From Saprolegnia diclina VS20 (Eukaryota), in NCBI RefSeq assembly GCF_000281045.1, contig NW_008246097.1, positions 287,440-351,439 of the forward strand: a stretch of 64,000 nt of DNA, in the 5' to 3' direction. Under the pieces are notes generated by a model that was not told where the DNA came from, did not search any database, and saw only the letters and a list, made by a program, of their open reading frames with translations. Both the position numbers and the translations under genes were made by a program. This document shows, piece by piece, positions 1-12,461 of the stretch (the stretch's first letter is position 1; each line of letters starts with the position of its first letter).

Positions 1-125
1 ACGTCAGTGGAAAATAGACTTCGTGACCATCGTTTGAGACGAGGATTCTCGAGTTTGTTGACGCACCACGTGCATATCATCCAGTATTACACACTTATTC
101 ATCGCTACGCTTCGGGCCTCTACGT

Positions 126-3100
126 TCAATCCTCGGTCGGACTGTACTTGGGGTCCGTCGGGTTGTAGCCTTCCGTCGGGTTGTACTCGGGCGACGCCGG
201 CGAATACGCAGGCGACGTGGGCGAATAGGCCGGGGACGTCGGGCTGTACGCTGGCGACGTCGGGCTGTAGGCAGGCGACGTGGGCGAGTACGCCGGGGAC
301 GTCGGCGAATAGGCCGGGGACGTCGGCGAGTAAGCAGGCGACGTGGGCGAGTACGCAGGCGACGTAGGCGAATAGGCCGGCGACGTCGGGCTGTACGCTG
401 GCGAGGTCGGCGAGTATGCAGGCGACGTGGGCGAGTAAGCAGGCGACGTCGGGCTGTAGGCAGGCGACGTAGGCGAATAGGCTGGCGAGGTCGGCGAGTA
501 AGCAGGCGACGTAGGCGAGTAAGCAGGCGAGGTCGGCGAGTACGCAGGCGAGGTTGGCGAGTACGCCGGCGAGGTCGGGCTGTAGGCAGGCGACGTGGGC
601 GAGTACGCTGGGGACGTCGGACTGTACGCTGGCGACGTGGGCGAATATGCCGGCGACGTAGGCGAGTAAGCAGGCGAGGTCGGCGAATAAGCAGGCGACG
701 TGGGCGAGTACGCAGGCGACGTGGGCGAGTAGGCTGGCGACGTGGGCGAGTAGGCTGGCGACGTGGGCGAGTAGGCTGGCGACGTGGGCGAGTATGCCGG
801 CGAGGTCGGCGAGTACGCCGGCGACGTCGGACTGTAGTTGGGTGACGTCGGGTTGAGGCCGGGGCTGTTGGGCACGTACGCAGGGCTGGCCATGTAGCCC
901 GGCGAGCTCGGGTTGGACGGCGAGAAGGGCGCAAACGGCGAGAACGCACCCATGGGGCTGGCCGACGGCGACCCCGCCACGCTGCCGGGCGTCTGGAAGC
1001 CGGGCGTGTTGTAGCCGGGCGTGCCATACATGGGCGTCTGCCCCCACGGCGTCATCATGGGCGTGTTGACGTCCGGCGTCGTCCACTCCTTCGCAAAGCC
1101 GTGCATGACCTGCTGCATCTCCGAGGCGTCGTACTCGATCGCGTCCGCGAGCTTCTTGGCGTCCAAGATGAGGTCCATGACGCCCGTGCCGAGGTGCGCG
1201 AGCTGGCCGAGCATAATGTTCTCCGTCACGCCCGCCAGCTCGTCGCCTTGGCTGAACATGGCTGCGTCCATGAGAATCTCGACCGTCTCCTCAAAGGAGC
1301 AGCGCACGAGCGGGCCCGAGTCGACGCGGTTGATACCGTGGCGCGTCACGGCCATGAGGTGGCCGCGGAACGTCATGACGTCAGCAAGGCAGGCCAAATG
1401 ACGGTAATTGACGTACGCGCCATCGAACGAAATGACGGCGCGGATTTCGTTGAGCAGCGCGCGGCGCACGGCCTCGATACCGAGCACCTCGATGATCTCG
1501 ACAATGTCGTTCGAGATGGTGCGCGTCGCGTCAATGTTCTCAAAGCAGATCACATCGAGGAGGTTCGTGCCGTCCGTATCCAGGATCCACTCCTTCTTCA
1601 TGACAAAGCCCTTCTCCTCGTCCCACTTGGTCATTTGGTTCTCGCGCATGAAGACCTTCTTGATCTTGGGCACACCGCGCAGCTTCATCTGCGTCAGCAT
1701 GTTGTGCTCGACGCGCTTGAGGAACGTGTCGTCTTCCTGGCCGACGCTCGAGTCGCCCGACCGCTGCAGCTTGTCTTCTTCGTCGCTCATGATGCGGATG
1801 CGCAGCACGAGCTTGTCGGCGTTATCATCCGTGTAGATGCAGCTCAGATCCTGGCCGTACTCGGACTCGATCTGCGCCGCAATCTCCTTCATCTCGAGGT
1901 TCTTGTCGGCCATCATCTTGCGGTTGAGCTCGATACGCAGAAGCCACGGCGAGCGCGCGATCGGCGTGTCCTCGTCAATCACGTCGTAGTAGCTTGCGAC
2001 AAACTCCTGGTCCTCTTCGACGACCGTCGACGTCGGGTCCGGGTCATAGTAGATGGCCGTGTTGGCCGTCACGTCCATGAGCGTCGTGTACTCGAGCAGC
2101 GCCTGGAGCGACTTGGCCTTCTCCGCGTCCTCCTGGTAGTCGCCGCTGAGGTAGATCTGGATCGACGGCGTCTTGACGTCCTTGGCAATGTTGATAATTT
2201 CCTTGAGGCGCGGCACACCGAGCGTCACGTTCTTCGCCGACACACCGGCGTAGTGGAACGTGTTGAGCGTCATCTGCGTCGCGGGCTCGCCGATCGACTG
2301 CGCGGCGACGACGCCCGCCATCTCGCCGGCCGCGACAAGCGACGCGAGGAACTTGCTCTTGATCTCGCCCATGAGCCACTCGAACGCCGAGTCGTTGAGA
2401 CGGAACTCGAGGAGCACGCGCTTGACTGCGAGCGTCGAGCGCACGAGGATCTGGAACAGCAGCGTCGCGTTCTCCTGCGCTTCCATGCTCAGCGGGTCGT
2501 CGCCCTTGACGACCACGATCGACGAGCAGAGCTCGCGGACGCCCTCAATGATGTGGCGTGGGTGCAGCGTGCTCGGCTGCAACGTCGAAATGCTAAAGAG
2601 CTGCTGCGCGTTCTGCACGAGGCGCTTGATGTTGACCGGCACTTGCACCACGTTGTCCGACTCTTGGCCCGGCCCGCGCGACGCCAGAATGAGCCGGAGC
2701 TTGGCCCGGTCCACGCCGAGCTGCGCGTACTCTTCGCGCAGCAGCTGCTGCGTGTGCGGGTTGGTCTGGATGTCGGAAATGATGAGCGGGTCCATGTAGA
2801 GCTCTTCCGGGCAGTGCGGCACGCAGCCCAAGAGCGGGTCCTCCGGCTTGAGCTGGTACTTGGCATTGAACTGCGCCGGCGGCAGCTTGTGCGCGTCAAA
2901 CGACTGCTTCTCGACCCAGACCGCGTCCATGCCGTCCTCGCCGTACAAAAACTGGATGATCTCGCCCTGCGAGTTGCGCACCGTGCCGTCGTAGCGCGAC
3001 ATGACGCTCTCCATGGCCTTGACGAGACGACGTTGGATGTACCCCGTCTCGGCCGTCTTGACGGCCGTATCAATGAGACCTTCACGACCACCCATCGCGT

Positions 3101-5812
3101 GGAAGAAGAATTCTTGCGGCGTGAGGCCCTTGAGGTACGAGTTTTCGACAAAGCCTCGCGACTCGGGCCTAATTTGTCCCATGAGATCCTCAAGAGAGGA
3201 CAATGACCTACCCGAGATCGTCCTTGCCGTAGTGCGGCAGCGTGCGGTGGTTGAAGCCGTACGGAATGCGCTTGCCTTCGACGTTTTGCTGCCCGACGCA
3301 CGCAATAATCTGCGAAATGTTGAGGTACGAGCCCTTGGAGCCCGACGTGACAGTCGCCTTGATGTTGTTGGTCTCGTCGAGCGAGTCCTGGGCCTCGCGA
3401 CCCGACTGATCACGCGCCGAGTTGAGCACCTTGTTGACAAACTGCTCAAACGTCTCGATCATCGTCCGACCGGGCTGGAGCTCGAGGTTGCCCTTCTGCC
3501 CCGAGAGCACGAGGTCCGACACTTGGATCTTGGCGTTCGTGATGATGTCGACAATCTGCTTGAGCGTCTTGACGTCGGCGATCGTGTCGCAAATGCCGAC
3601 CGTGAACGAGTGTGCGACGAGCCAGCAGTTGACGAGACGCTGGGTCGCACCAAGGAACCGCTTGGCCTCGTCGTGGCCGAGCTCGAGCACCGTGTTGTGG
3701 ATGAGGCCGCCGGCGCCCGTACCAATGTTCTTCTTGTCAATGATACCGGCGAGGAGCTCGCCGTTCTGGACGATCACGTGCGTGTCGCGCGGACTCACCT
3801 TGCGGTGGAACGGCAGGTCGTAGTCGCGCTTGTTCGAGTCCGACTGGTGCGTTGAGCAGACCGCGATAAAGTTGATGTTGGGGCAGATCGTCGAAAACAT
3901 CTGCTTGCCCGTCCAGAGCGGGCGGTACTGGCCCACGTGCTTCTTGTTCGGGATGAGAATCGCCGGCGTCGGGACGCGGCCATCCCACGTGCCCACCCAC
4001 ATGAGGAGGTTCATGACGAGGTCCTTCTCGATAAAGATGTTGCGCTTTGTAAACTTCTGAACGCCGAGCAGCGAGTCTTGCACGATACCCATGACCGGCG
4101 AGTTGCGCTGCGGCGTAATGATGTTCTTGTGTACGATCATGAGCTCCTGCGCCTCAGCGCGGGCCGTCATGCTCTGTGCATGCATGAGCCCATCGACATT
4201 GCAGAGGAGGAGAGAGACGCACCTGGGGCACGTGCAAGTTCATCTCATCGCCGTCAAAGTCGGCGTTGTACGGCGTCGTGACCGAGATATTGAGCCGGAA
4301 CGTCGACCAGTCGAGCACCTTGACGCGATGCGCCATGATACTCATCTTGTGCAAACTCGGCTGCCGGTTGAAGAGCACGTAGTCGTCGTCGCGCAGATGC
4401 CGCTCGACGATCCAGCCGCACTTGAGCGCGAGGTCGCTCTTACTCTTGATGTAGCGCAGATCGATGCGGTTGCCGTCCTCGCGGATAATGTACTTGGCAC
4501 CCGGGTGCTCGAGCGGGCCCTTGGCGATGAGCTCGTGCATGAGCTTCATGTTGAACGGCGTCACGCGCTCCGGCACCGTCAAGTTCATTGCGATCGAGCG
4601 CGGCACGCCGACTTGGTCGATTGCCAAGTTGGGGTCGGCCGTGATGACCGTACGCGCGGAAAAGTCGACGCGCTTCCCCATGAGGTTGCCGCGAATGCGC
4701 CCTTCCTTGCCGCGGAGGCGCTGGCGCATCGTCTTGAGCGGCTTCCCGCTCTTCTGCTGCGCTTGCGGCAGCCCCGGCTGCTCGTTGTTGACAAATGTCG
4801 AGAGGTTGAACTGCAGGAGCTGCTCAAACTGCGAGATGATGTGCGACGGCTCGCCCTTCTTGACGCAGTTGAGCAGCGCGAGGTTCGCCTTGACGATCGA
4901 CGCCAAGTTGTGCGTCAGATCGTCTTCGCCACGCGCTTGGCCGTCAATCGCGACGGACGGGCGCACATGCGGCGGCGGCACGGGGATGACCGTGAGGACG
5001 AGCCAGTCGGGGCGGGCCCACTTCGGGTCAAAGCCGAGCGCGATGCAGCCTTCGTCCGTGATGTTCTTGAAGATCGAGAGCACCTTGGCAGCGGGGAGGT
5101 TCTGCTTGCGGTCGCCCGACCCCGGCACGTCTTCCATCTGCTCGGGAAATTCGACTTGGAGGTTGATGCCGACCTGGCGGTACTTGGGCTGGAGACCGCC
5201 GCAGCCGCCGTGGCCGCCTTCCTTGGGCGCGTGCTCGTTCTGGAGACCGCCCTGGAGACCAATGTTGAGGTCGTCGCGCATCTTCTTCATGTCCTCTTCC
5301 TCGCCGTACTCGCACATCGACTTGTTTTTGCAAATCTCGTAGACGGCCTTGAGGCGGCGCTGGCCGTTCTTGATGCGCATGGCCGCGCGGAATCGGTGGT
5401 CGCGCTCGTCGCTGAGCACTTTGGAGCAGTGGAAACAGATGCAGCTCAGAATCTGCTTGCAGACCTTGATAAAGCCCACGTGGAACATGGGCCGCGCGAG
5501 CTCAATGTGGCCAAAGTGGCCCGGGCAGTCGTTGACCTTGGCGCCGCTGCCGCTGTACGTGCAGTCGCACGTCTTGCAGCGCGCGCGGAAGTCGCACGTG
5601 CCCATGCGCGGGTCGCCAATCCCGCCGATGACCGGCTGGCCATTGATGAAGGTCTCGGGCCGCGTGATGCCATCGGGGATGATGCGCTCGTTGACCTTGA
5701 TCTGCTTGGTCACGCTCATGGCGCGGACCTCCTCGGGCGAGAAGACCCCGAACTGGAGGTACTCGACCCGGCGCAGGCGCGCGGACGAGTACGAGAACTG
5801 CGTCGTGCTCAT
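126..5812 (-). CDS. RPB1: RNA polymerase II largest subunit, 3 exons (introns 4174-4222 and 3169-3211)
   Basis: Shows the Zn site [20 protein letters not shown], catalytic NADFDGD, bridge helix [13 protein letters not shown], trigger loop TQMTLNTFH and a C-terminal heptad array. GT-AG introns join HVPQ|SMTAR and DDLG|PES in frame. Confidence 0.98.
207..836 (-). repeat. RPB1 CTD: 30 tandem 21-nt units encoding YSPTSPA
   Basis: 630 nt / 21 = 30 heptads with synonymous codon variation, flanked by degenerate heptads ([14 protein letters not shown]). Confidence 0.95.
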
Positions 5813-5950
5813 CCTTCCGATGCCAATTCCGGAATGAGCTCGCACCACACAAACGGCCGGTTAACCTCTCAGAGTTGATATCCCACGCATTTCCAGAGGT
5901 TTTGCCACTTGCCGCCATTTGCGTTTTGCTCCACCCAGCACTGGCGACGC

Positions 5951-6125
5951 GAGAAGGCCCTGCGAGGAGGGCCGGCGAGGAGCCGATGGAAGGAGGGCAT
6001 GGGATGAGCCCATGTACGGAGGCCATGCGAAGAGGCCATGCCTGGCGAGGCCTTGCGAGGAAGCCATGCCTGGCGAGGCCCTGTGCGGAGGCTATGCGAG
6101 GAAGCGCCCGAGGAGGCGACCTCGA
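5951..6125. repeat. Degenerate tandem repeat (GAGGAGGCCATGC-like, 10-18 nt units) upstream of RPB1
   Basis: About a dozen variants of gagg(a/g)gcc(a/t)tgc; gccatgcctggcgaggcc occurs twice (near 6035 and 6063). Confidence 0.6.
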
Positions 6126-7654
6126 GAGTCCGGCGTGGGAAGAAGGGTTCGTCCGCTAGTGGTTCGTAGAGCACGCATATACATCCATGCACGCCAGCCT
6201 TGGCCATGGTCGCGACGCCGGAGCGAAGCGTTAGCTCTCGGTGCTGCACGAATTGTGCCGGTTGGTCGAGGCCAAGGGAAGGCGAGGACGGCGGCCCCTC
6301 TATATACGAAAGTACGCTCGGGGCATCGAGCGCAATACAGCAGTAAAGTCGCCTACATGTGTACTGTCAGCCTCTGGGCAATGGTGTGAGAATCACCTGC
6401 CGCTGCGGGGTCATGTAAACGCTGTGAGCTTACATGGATCACGGATGTGGGCAGCTACGGTAATCGCAAGCACGCAGCGGGCTCGAGGTGCGAACCTAGT
6501 AGCAGGGCTTCCGAATTCCAGGCCAAAACGTCGATCATTGTCCACGACACCAGACTACTTTGGCGATCGACATGCACCGAGCTAGCGCACTTGCGTCAGC
6601 GACGGCGATGGCGAGCTAGATCGTCGAGCTCGAGGCTCTCAAACCACTTTTTGCGCAGCGTTTAAGCCAGCAGCGAACTCGGCATCGGCTTCGAGTCGGC
6701 CGCAACGAGGGCGGGTTGCCACTCGACAAGTGGGCCCAAGCACCCAAGAGGCGCGGTGGCACTGCTGTGTGGCCGGTGCGTGGGTGGTCAATTTTGTCGG
6801 CCACTACCGGTACACCCTGGCAAGGCGCAACTGATAGTTGTAGCGACCGTCGACATCGTGTGTACGGAGCCTGACGATGCGACCCGCGCTATCACGCCCC
6901 TGACTCGCTGCACCCCGCAGCAAAGGCAAGCGCGGGAAGTGTGACCAACGCAACCTCGTCATCGTCCGAGAAGGTCCAAGCCCTCGACCATGTTGAGCAC
7001 ATGGGCCAAAGACAGCGCAGTGTACGACGAGCTTCCTGGTCAGCGGACGCACGAGTGGAAGCGACGCGTCGACGGCCTCGGCGTCTTTCCCGAGTACCTG
7101 GTACCGCGTTGTGACAGGCACGCATGCCACTCTCGCGTCGCCATTACATGATTCGAATGGAAGCCAGCACATGCAGCATCGTCCGAGCCATGTACCCTGC
7201 GCCATCCATCGAGCGCAGGCGCCAAGCGACCTCCATGGTGCTCGCGTCGTCCGCGTGCAGCTGCGGCCGCGCGACATGCGCCATCTCCCGCTGCAAATTT
7301 CGTTCCCGAGACGTATCCGCCAATGAATAATTAATATCTTTCGCGCGTTGCGGCGCACGTGTTTTTTATAAAAAGATATTGTCCTGTGGCATTAAATTGC
7401 ATGAAGAGGACTGCACTTTTATTCTTTTGACAACAAATATTGTTTTAAATATCGTCAACATCCCGGCTCGGAAAAGGAAGCTTGGATCGTAATTCGCAGA
7501 AACAAGTGCATTACGCACGGTGTTACCCACGATACAGCTGGAGCGCCCGGGTACGATGCACTTTTCTAAGATAATTGGGAAAGACGCGAGCCAATCAGAC
7601 GCCGCTGTTACTGACTGCAGCCGTGCCCGGCTGATCTGCTTCTCGGCATTCGTC

Positions 7655-7669
7655 TCATTCTTGCATATT
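7655..7669 (+). promoter_or_regulatory. Oomycete Inr+FPR-like core promoter of myosin A (CCAAT at 7591)
   Basis: TCATTCTTGCATATT lies about 35 nt upstream of the ATG at 7705 and resembles the oomycete YCATTYY-N-CAWTT element. Confidence 0.5.
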
Positions 7670-7704
7670 GCAGCTTGGGATCAAGCCAGTCGACGCCAGC
7701 ATCG

Positions 7705-10700
7705 ATGTCGACCTTCGGTGAGCAGTCCATGGGCGCGCTCGTCTGGGTGCCCCATGACAACGAGGTCTGGAAGAAGGCCCAGGTCGTCGAGAAGCCGACC
7801 GAGACGACGGTCACCGTCCGCCTCATCGCCGACAGCGACGACTACGACCCGGAAGACGGCGTCGTCAAGACCTTTGACGTGCGCGAGATCGCCAAGCTCG
7901 CGGGCGAGGTCTCGGCCACCGCGATGCCTATCTGCAACACCTTTGAGAAGCTCGGCGTCGAGGACATGTGCACGCTCAACCACCTGCACGAGCCGGCGGT
8001 CCTGAAGAACCTGCAATTGCGCCACGCGCAGAGCATCCCGTACACATACACGGGCCAGATCTGCATTGCTGTCAACCCGTACAAGTGGCTAGACCTCTAC
8101 GGCGAGGTACGCAGCATGCGAAGAGTGGCACTAGACCAGACTCATCCCCGTACTGTAGGACCTCTACCAAAAGTACTTGAACCAGCCGCGGGCCGAGCTT
8201 GCGCCGCACCCGTTTGCGCTCTCCGCCACCTCGTACCTCGACATGCGCAAGCACCGCATCGAGCAGAGCATCCTCGTGAGCGGTGAGTCGGGTGCTGGCA
8301 AGACCGAGACGGTCAAGATCATGATGCACCACTTGGCGTCCGTCTCTGGCGGCGGCGAGAAGGGCTCGACCGTCATCGACCAAGTGCTCAAGTCCAACCC
8401 GCTCCTCGAAGCCTTTGGTAACGCCAAGACGAAGCGCAACGACAACAGTTCGCGCTTTGGCAAGTTTGCGCAGCTGCAGTTTGATACGAGCGGGTACCTC
8501 ATTGGCGCGCGCTGCGAGACGTACTTGCTCGAGAAGAGCCGCGTCGTGGGCCAGACCGAGGGCGAGCGCAACTACCACATCTTCTACCAAGTGTTTTCGC
8601 TGGCCTCGGAGCTCAAGAAGACGCTCTTCCTCGAGGGCAACGTCGCCGACTACAAATTTGTCAAGGTCGGTGCGGGCTCGCGCGTCGACAACACGGACGA
8701 CTCGGTGTTTCTCCAAGAGACGAAGGATGCCATGGACACGATCGGGATCGACGACCGCGAGCAGCACGGTATCTTTGAGATCGTCTCGGCCATCTTGAAC
8801 CTCGGCGAGGTCGCGTTCACGGCGGTCAACGCCGAGAGCAGCCAAGTCTCAACGTCCGAGAACCTCGCCGCCGTCGCGGCGCTTCTCAAGACGGCGCCGG
8901 AAGCGCTCACCAAGACGCTCTGCCAGCGCACCATGACGACGCGTGGCGAGACGTTCACGATCCCGCTCAAGGTCGACCAGGCCTTTGACCTCCGCGACGC
9001 GTTCGCCAAGGGTATTTATTCGCGCCTCTTCGACTGGCTCGTCGGGCGCATCAACCGGGCCATTTGCTCGACCAAGAACGTCTCGTCGCACATTGGTCTC
9101 CTCGACATCTTTGGCTTCGAGTCGTTTGACCACAACGGCTTTGAGCAGCTCTGCATCAACTACGCCAACGAGAAGCTCCAGCAAAAGTTCAACAGCGACA
9201 TCTTCAAGACCGTCCAGGCCGAGTACATTGAAGAGGGCATCCCGTTGGACTTGGTGACCTTCGAGGACAACCAGCCGATCCTCGACCTCATCGAAGGCAA
9301 GCTCGGCATCGTCGACATGCTCAACGAGACGGGTCTCCAGCCCAAGGGCGACGACCGCATGTTTGTCAACAAGGTCAACGAGTCGTTCGCGGACCACAAG
9401 AACTATGAGAAGATCCGCACCAACCCGATGCAGTTCAAAATCCTCCACTACGCCGGCGACGTGACGTACGACGGCACCAAGTTCCTCGACAAGAACAAGG
9501 ACACGCTGCCCGCGGACCTCATGGAGCTCCTCGCGTCGAGCCAGTCGTCGTTCATCCGCGACGTCTTCCCTGAGCTCGCCAAGGGCGGCGTCTCCAAGGA
9601 CAAGAATGCCAAGCCGCCGTCGCGCCGCCAGGGCTTCCTCGTCGGCAACACGATCGCGGGCTCGTTCCGCAAGCAGCTCGGCGAGCTCATGGACCAGATC
9701 GCCAAGACGTCGACGCAGTACGTCCGCTGCATCAAGCCCAACGCCAACAAGAGCGCGACCAAGTTTGACCGGCACATGGTCGTCGATCAGCTCCGGTGCG
9801 CCGGCGTCATTGCCGCGATTCGCATCAGTCGCGCGGCGTTCCCGAACCGCCTCTCGCTCAAGGAGTTTACGTCTCGCTTTGCCATCATTTGCCCGTCCAA
9901 GCTCCGGTCGGCGCCGCCCGAGGCCATGGTCCACGGCCTCCTCGAGATCCTCGGCATCTCCGAGTCCTCGTCTCGCAACGCGCGCTTTGCGATCGGCCGC
10001 ACCAAGGTCTACTTCTCGTCCGGTCTCTTGCAACAGCTCGAGGACCGGCGGAACGAGCTTCTTCGCAGCTTTGCACTCTGCCTCCAGCGCAACCTGCGCA
10101 TGTACGCAGCCCGCGCCCGCTACCGCCGAGTCCGCGCCGCCGTCATCGTGCTCCAAGCCCACCTCACGGCGTATGTCGCTGGCGTGCGCGCGCGGCGTGA
10201 ATTCCTCGCGCTTCGCACTGGGGTTTTGGGTGCACAAGCGCGGTGGCGCGGGCTCGTCCAGCGTCGCGCATTCCGCGTCCTTCTCGTTGCTGAGCGCCAG
10301 CGCAAGGAGGCCGAGCGACTTCGGATCTTGGCTGAGGCCGAGGCGCAGGCGCAACTCGAGCGCGCCGCCAAGCTCCAAGCCGCATCGGCCTCGCCGGCCA
10401 AGGTACTACGAGCACGCTCCAGTAGAGACTATGTCGTATGTAGACGATGGCGTGGGAAGACGACGAAGACGAAGTACCAGCGTCTCCGCGACCGACTTAC
10501 CACGAGTCGCTTATCGAGAAGAGCTCGCATGCTGAGCTACTGGCGCGTGTGGGCCAAGCAGAGGCGCTTGCACTGGAAGCGCGCGAGGCTGCGGAGGGCG
10601 CGATGGCGCTCAACGAGTTCCTTCAGAAGGAGAACCAGGAGCTCAAGGCCAAACTCGCTCAAAACGTGCACGAGTACGCCGACGCAGAGCTCAAGGACGA

Positions 10701-11313
10701 CAACGACCGGCTCAAGCGCGAGCTCATGCAACTGCAGAGCAAGGTCGCGCGCAGCGAAGAAGTGTCGTTGATGTCGGCCAGGGTACTGCTATCGCATTGA
10801 GCTACCAAGCGTCACAATGCGTAGGTGGTTGACAGCCGCATTACCTTTCGCGAAGGCCGGCAGTTTGTCGAGTACAAGCTCCAGATCGAGACCAACAACC
10901 GAGGCACGCTGTACGTGTGGCACCGCTACTCGACGTTCCGAAACCTCGCGACGACGCTCCAGACCAAGAACGGGTACCGCCGCAAGGACATTCCGGACCT
11001 CCCGAACAAGCAGCTCTTTGCGTCGCTCTCGGAGAAGATCGTCCAGGAGCGCATCCAAAAGCTCAACGAGTTCCTCGAAGCCGCGACCAACACCGACTAC
11101 CTCCAGTGGGGCATTCGCGTCGACCAAGACACGTGCGTCTACAAGCGCCGGACGCGGTCGTCGTCGGGCTCGACCGACTCGATGCGGGCCGACATGCGCG
11201 AGTCGATGGTGTCGACGATTGCGTCGTCGGACGCCAGCCACTCGCCGCGCAGCTCGAGCCGCGAATCCTTCTCGATCCGCGAGTCCTTCTTCGGTCGCCG
11301 GAAGCACTCGTAA
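7705..11313 (+). CDS. Unconventional myosin A: SH3-like N-terminus, motor, IQ, coiled coil, C-terminal PX domain (introns 8107-8158, 10403-10443, 10783-10824)
   Basis: Shows P-loop GESGAGKT, NDNSSRFGKF, DIFGFE, YVRCIKPN and IQ-like LQRNLR/LQAHL/AQARWRG. The tail has PX signatures WHRYSTF, PDLPNK and ERIQKLNEFL. Confidence 0.93.
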
Positions 11314-11366
11314 GCAGCTCCTTCAGTCGTTGTCGTCCTGTCGTAGCTACCGTCCTAATATATAAT

Positions 11367-11959
11367 CTCATTCTCCTGCGCCCCACACTCCGAGAATGAG
11401 CTCTGTGCATGATCGGTGGTCAAAGCGCCCAAATCTGGAGGGACGCATAAGTTCTTGTTGCTCAACTAGCTTCGAGCGGCTCGACGCTGCATGCGCTGCA
11501 GCTTGCCTGAGACGAGNNNNNNNNNNNNNNNNNNNNNNNNNNNNNNNNNNNNNNNNNNNNNNNNNNNNNNNNNNNNNNNNNNNNNNNNNNNNNNNNNNNN
11601 NNNNNNNNNNNNNNNNTTGTTGAAGCAGAAGCGACTCTTCCGGCGCCAGAGCTCGCCACCAGTGACGCGGGCCCTTGAACGCAGCTGCGACTGCTACCTA
11701 CTATCATCCTCTCATTCTCCTGCGCCCACACTCCTTCGTTCAACGCAAACACGGTGCGGACGACGCCAACTGCCCACGCAACTTCAACAAGAGCAGGCTT
11801 CTGGTTTCATCGGCTTCGAGTCAGTTTGAGAATGAGCTCTGGGCATGATCGGTGGTCGAAGCGCCCAAATCTGGAGGGACGCATAAGTTCTTATTGCTCA
11901 ACTAGCTTCGGGCGGCTCGACGCTGCATGCGGTCCGCGCTGCAGCTTGCCTGAGACGAG
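11367..11959. repeat. Local direct duplication (11367-11516 vs 11711-11959) either side of an N-gap; 11617-11710 also repeated at 15543-15637
   Basis: Shared ctcattctcctgcgccc...gagaatgagctctg...gcttgcctgagacgag, with a few substitutions and about 95 nt missing from the first copy. Confidence 0.8.
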
Positions 11960-12041
11960 CGAGAGACATGCAAAATTCGCGTTTTTATATGGTACAAAGT
12001 ATGGCAAAAAGGTAATCGAACAAAATGGCAGAGGAATGCGT

Positions 12042-12461
12042 CTACCGCGTCGCGTCGGCGGCCGTCGGGAGGCTGCACGATGCGAGGCTCGGTGGCTGCG
12101 TCGCAAAGGCCGTCGAATGGGCCTCCGTCTTGAGTGGTGTCGTGTTCTTGCGCGCGTGGAACTGCCGGCGCAGGTGCGTCGGCGCGGGCAGGACCTCGGC
12201 CTTCTTGGGCATCGTTGGGGCCANNNNNNNNNNNNNNNNNNNNNNNNNNNNNNNNNNNNNNNNNNNNNNNNNNNNNNNNNNNNNNNNNNNNNNNNNNNNN
12301 NNNNNNNNNNNNNNNNNNNNNNNCGTGCCGAGCGGGTGCGGGCGTGGCTCGTGGTGGCGTGGGACGATCGACGGCGTCGGCTTGGCGGGCGCCTTGGCCG
12401 CGAGGACCGTCTGGCACCATGGGTACATGGGCGCGACGACGACCTGCTCGGACTTGCTCAT
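12042..12461 (-). CDS. Hypothetical Pro/Ala/Thr-rich protein interrupted by an N-gap
   Basis: Open frame MSKSEQVVVAPMYPWCQ...AADATR* with host-like codon use and an AT-rich 3' flank; no recognisable domain. Confidence 0.4.
   Translation of the reverse strand: MSKSEQVVVAPMYPWCQTVLAAKAPAKPTPSIVPRHHEPRPHPLGTXXXXXXXXXXXXXXXXXXXXXXXXXXXXXXXXXXAPTMPKKAEVLPAPTHLRRQFHARKNTTPLKTEAHSTAFATQPPSLASCSLPTAADATR

Noticed and set aside
4..1086. Long repetitive alternative-frame ORFs over the RPB1 3' end; CRISPR-like periodicity
   Set aside because: These are shadow frames of the 21-nt CTD repeat; there are no unique spacers and no cas genes.
1101..5878. Long plus-strand ORFs (701 aa, 595 aa) antisense to RPB1, and similar antisense ORFs over the myosins, secreted proteins and HSF
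   Set aside because: This is the expected by-product of strong GC3 codon bias; the ORFs contain no domain motifs.
6600..7284. Possible minus-strand gene starting MAHVARPQLHADD
   Set aside because: I could not build a consistent spliced model or recognise any domain.
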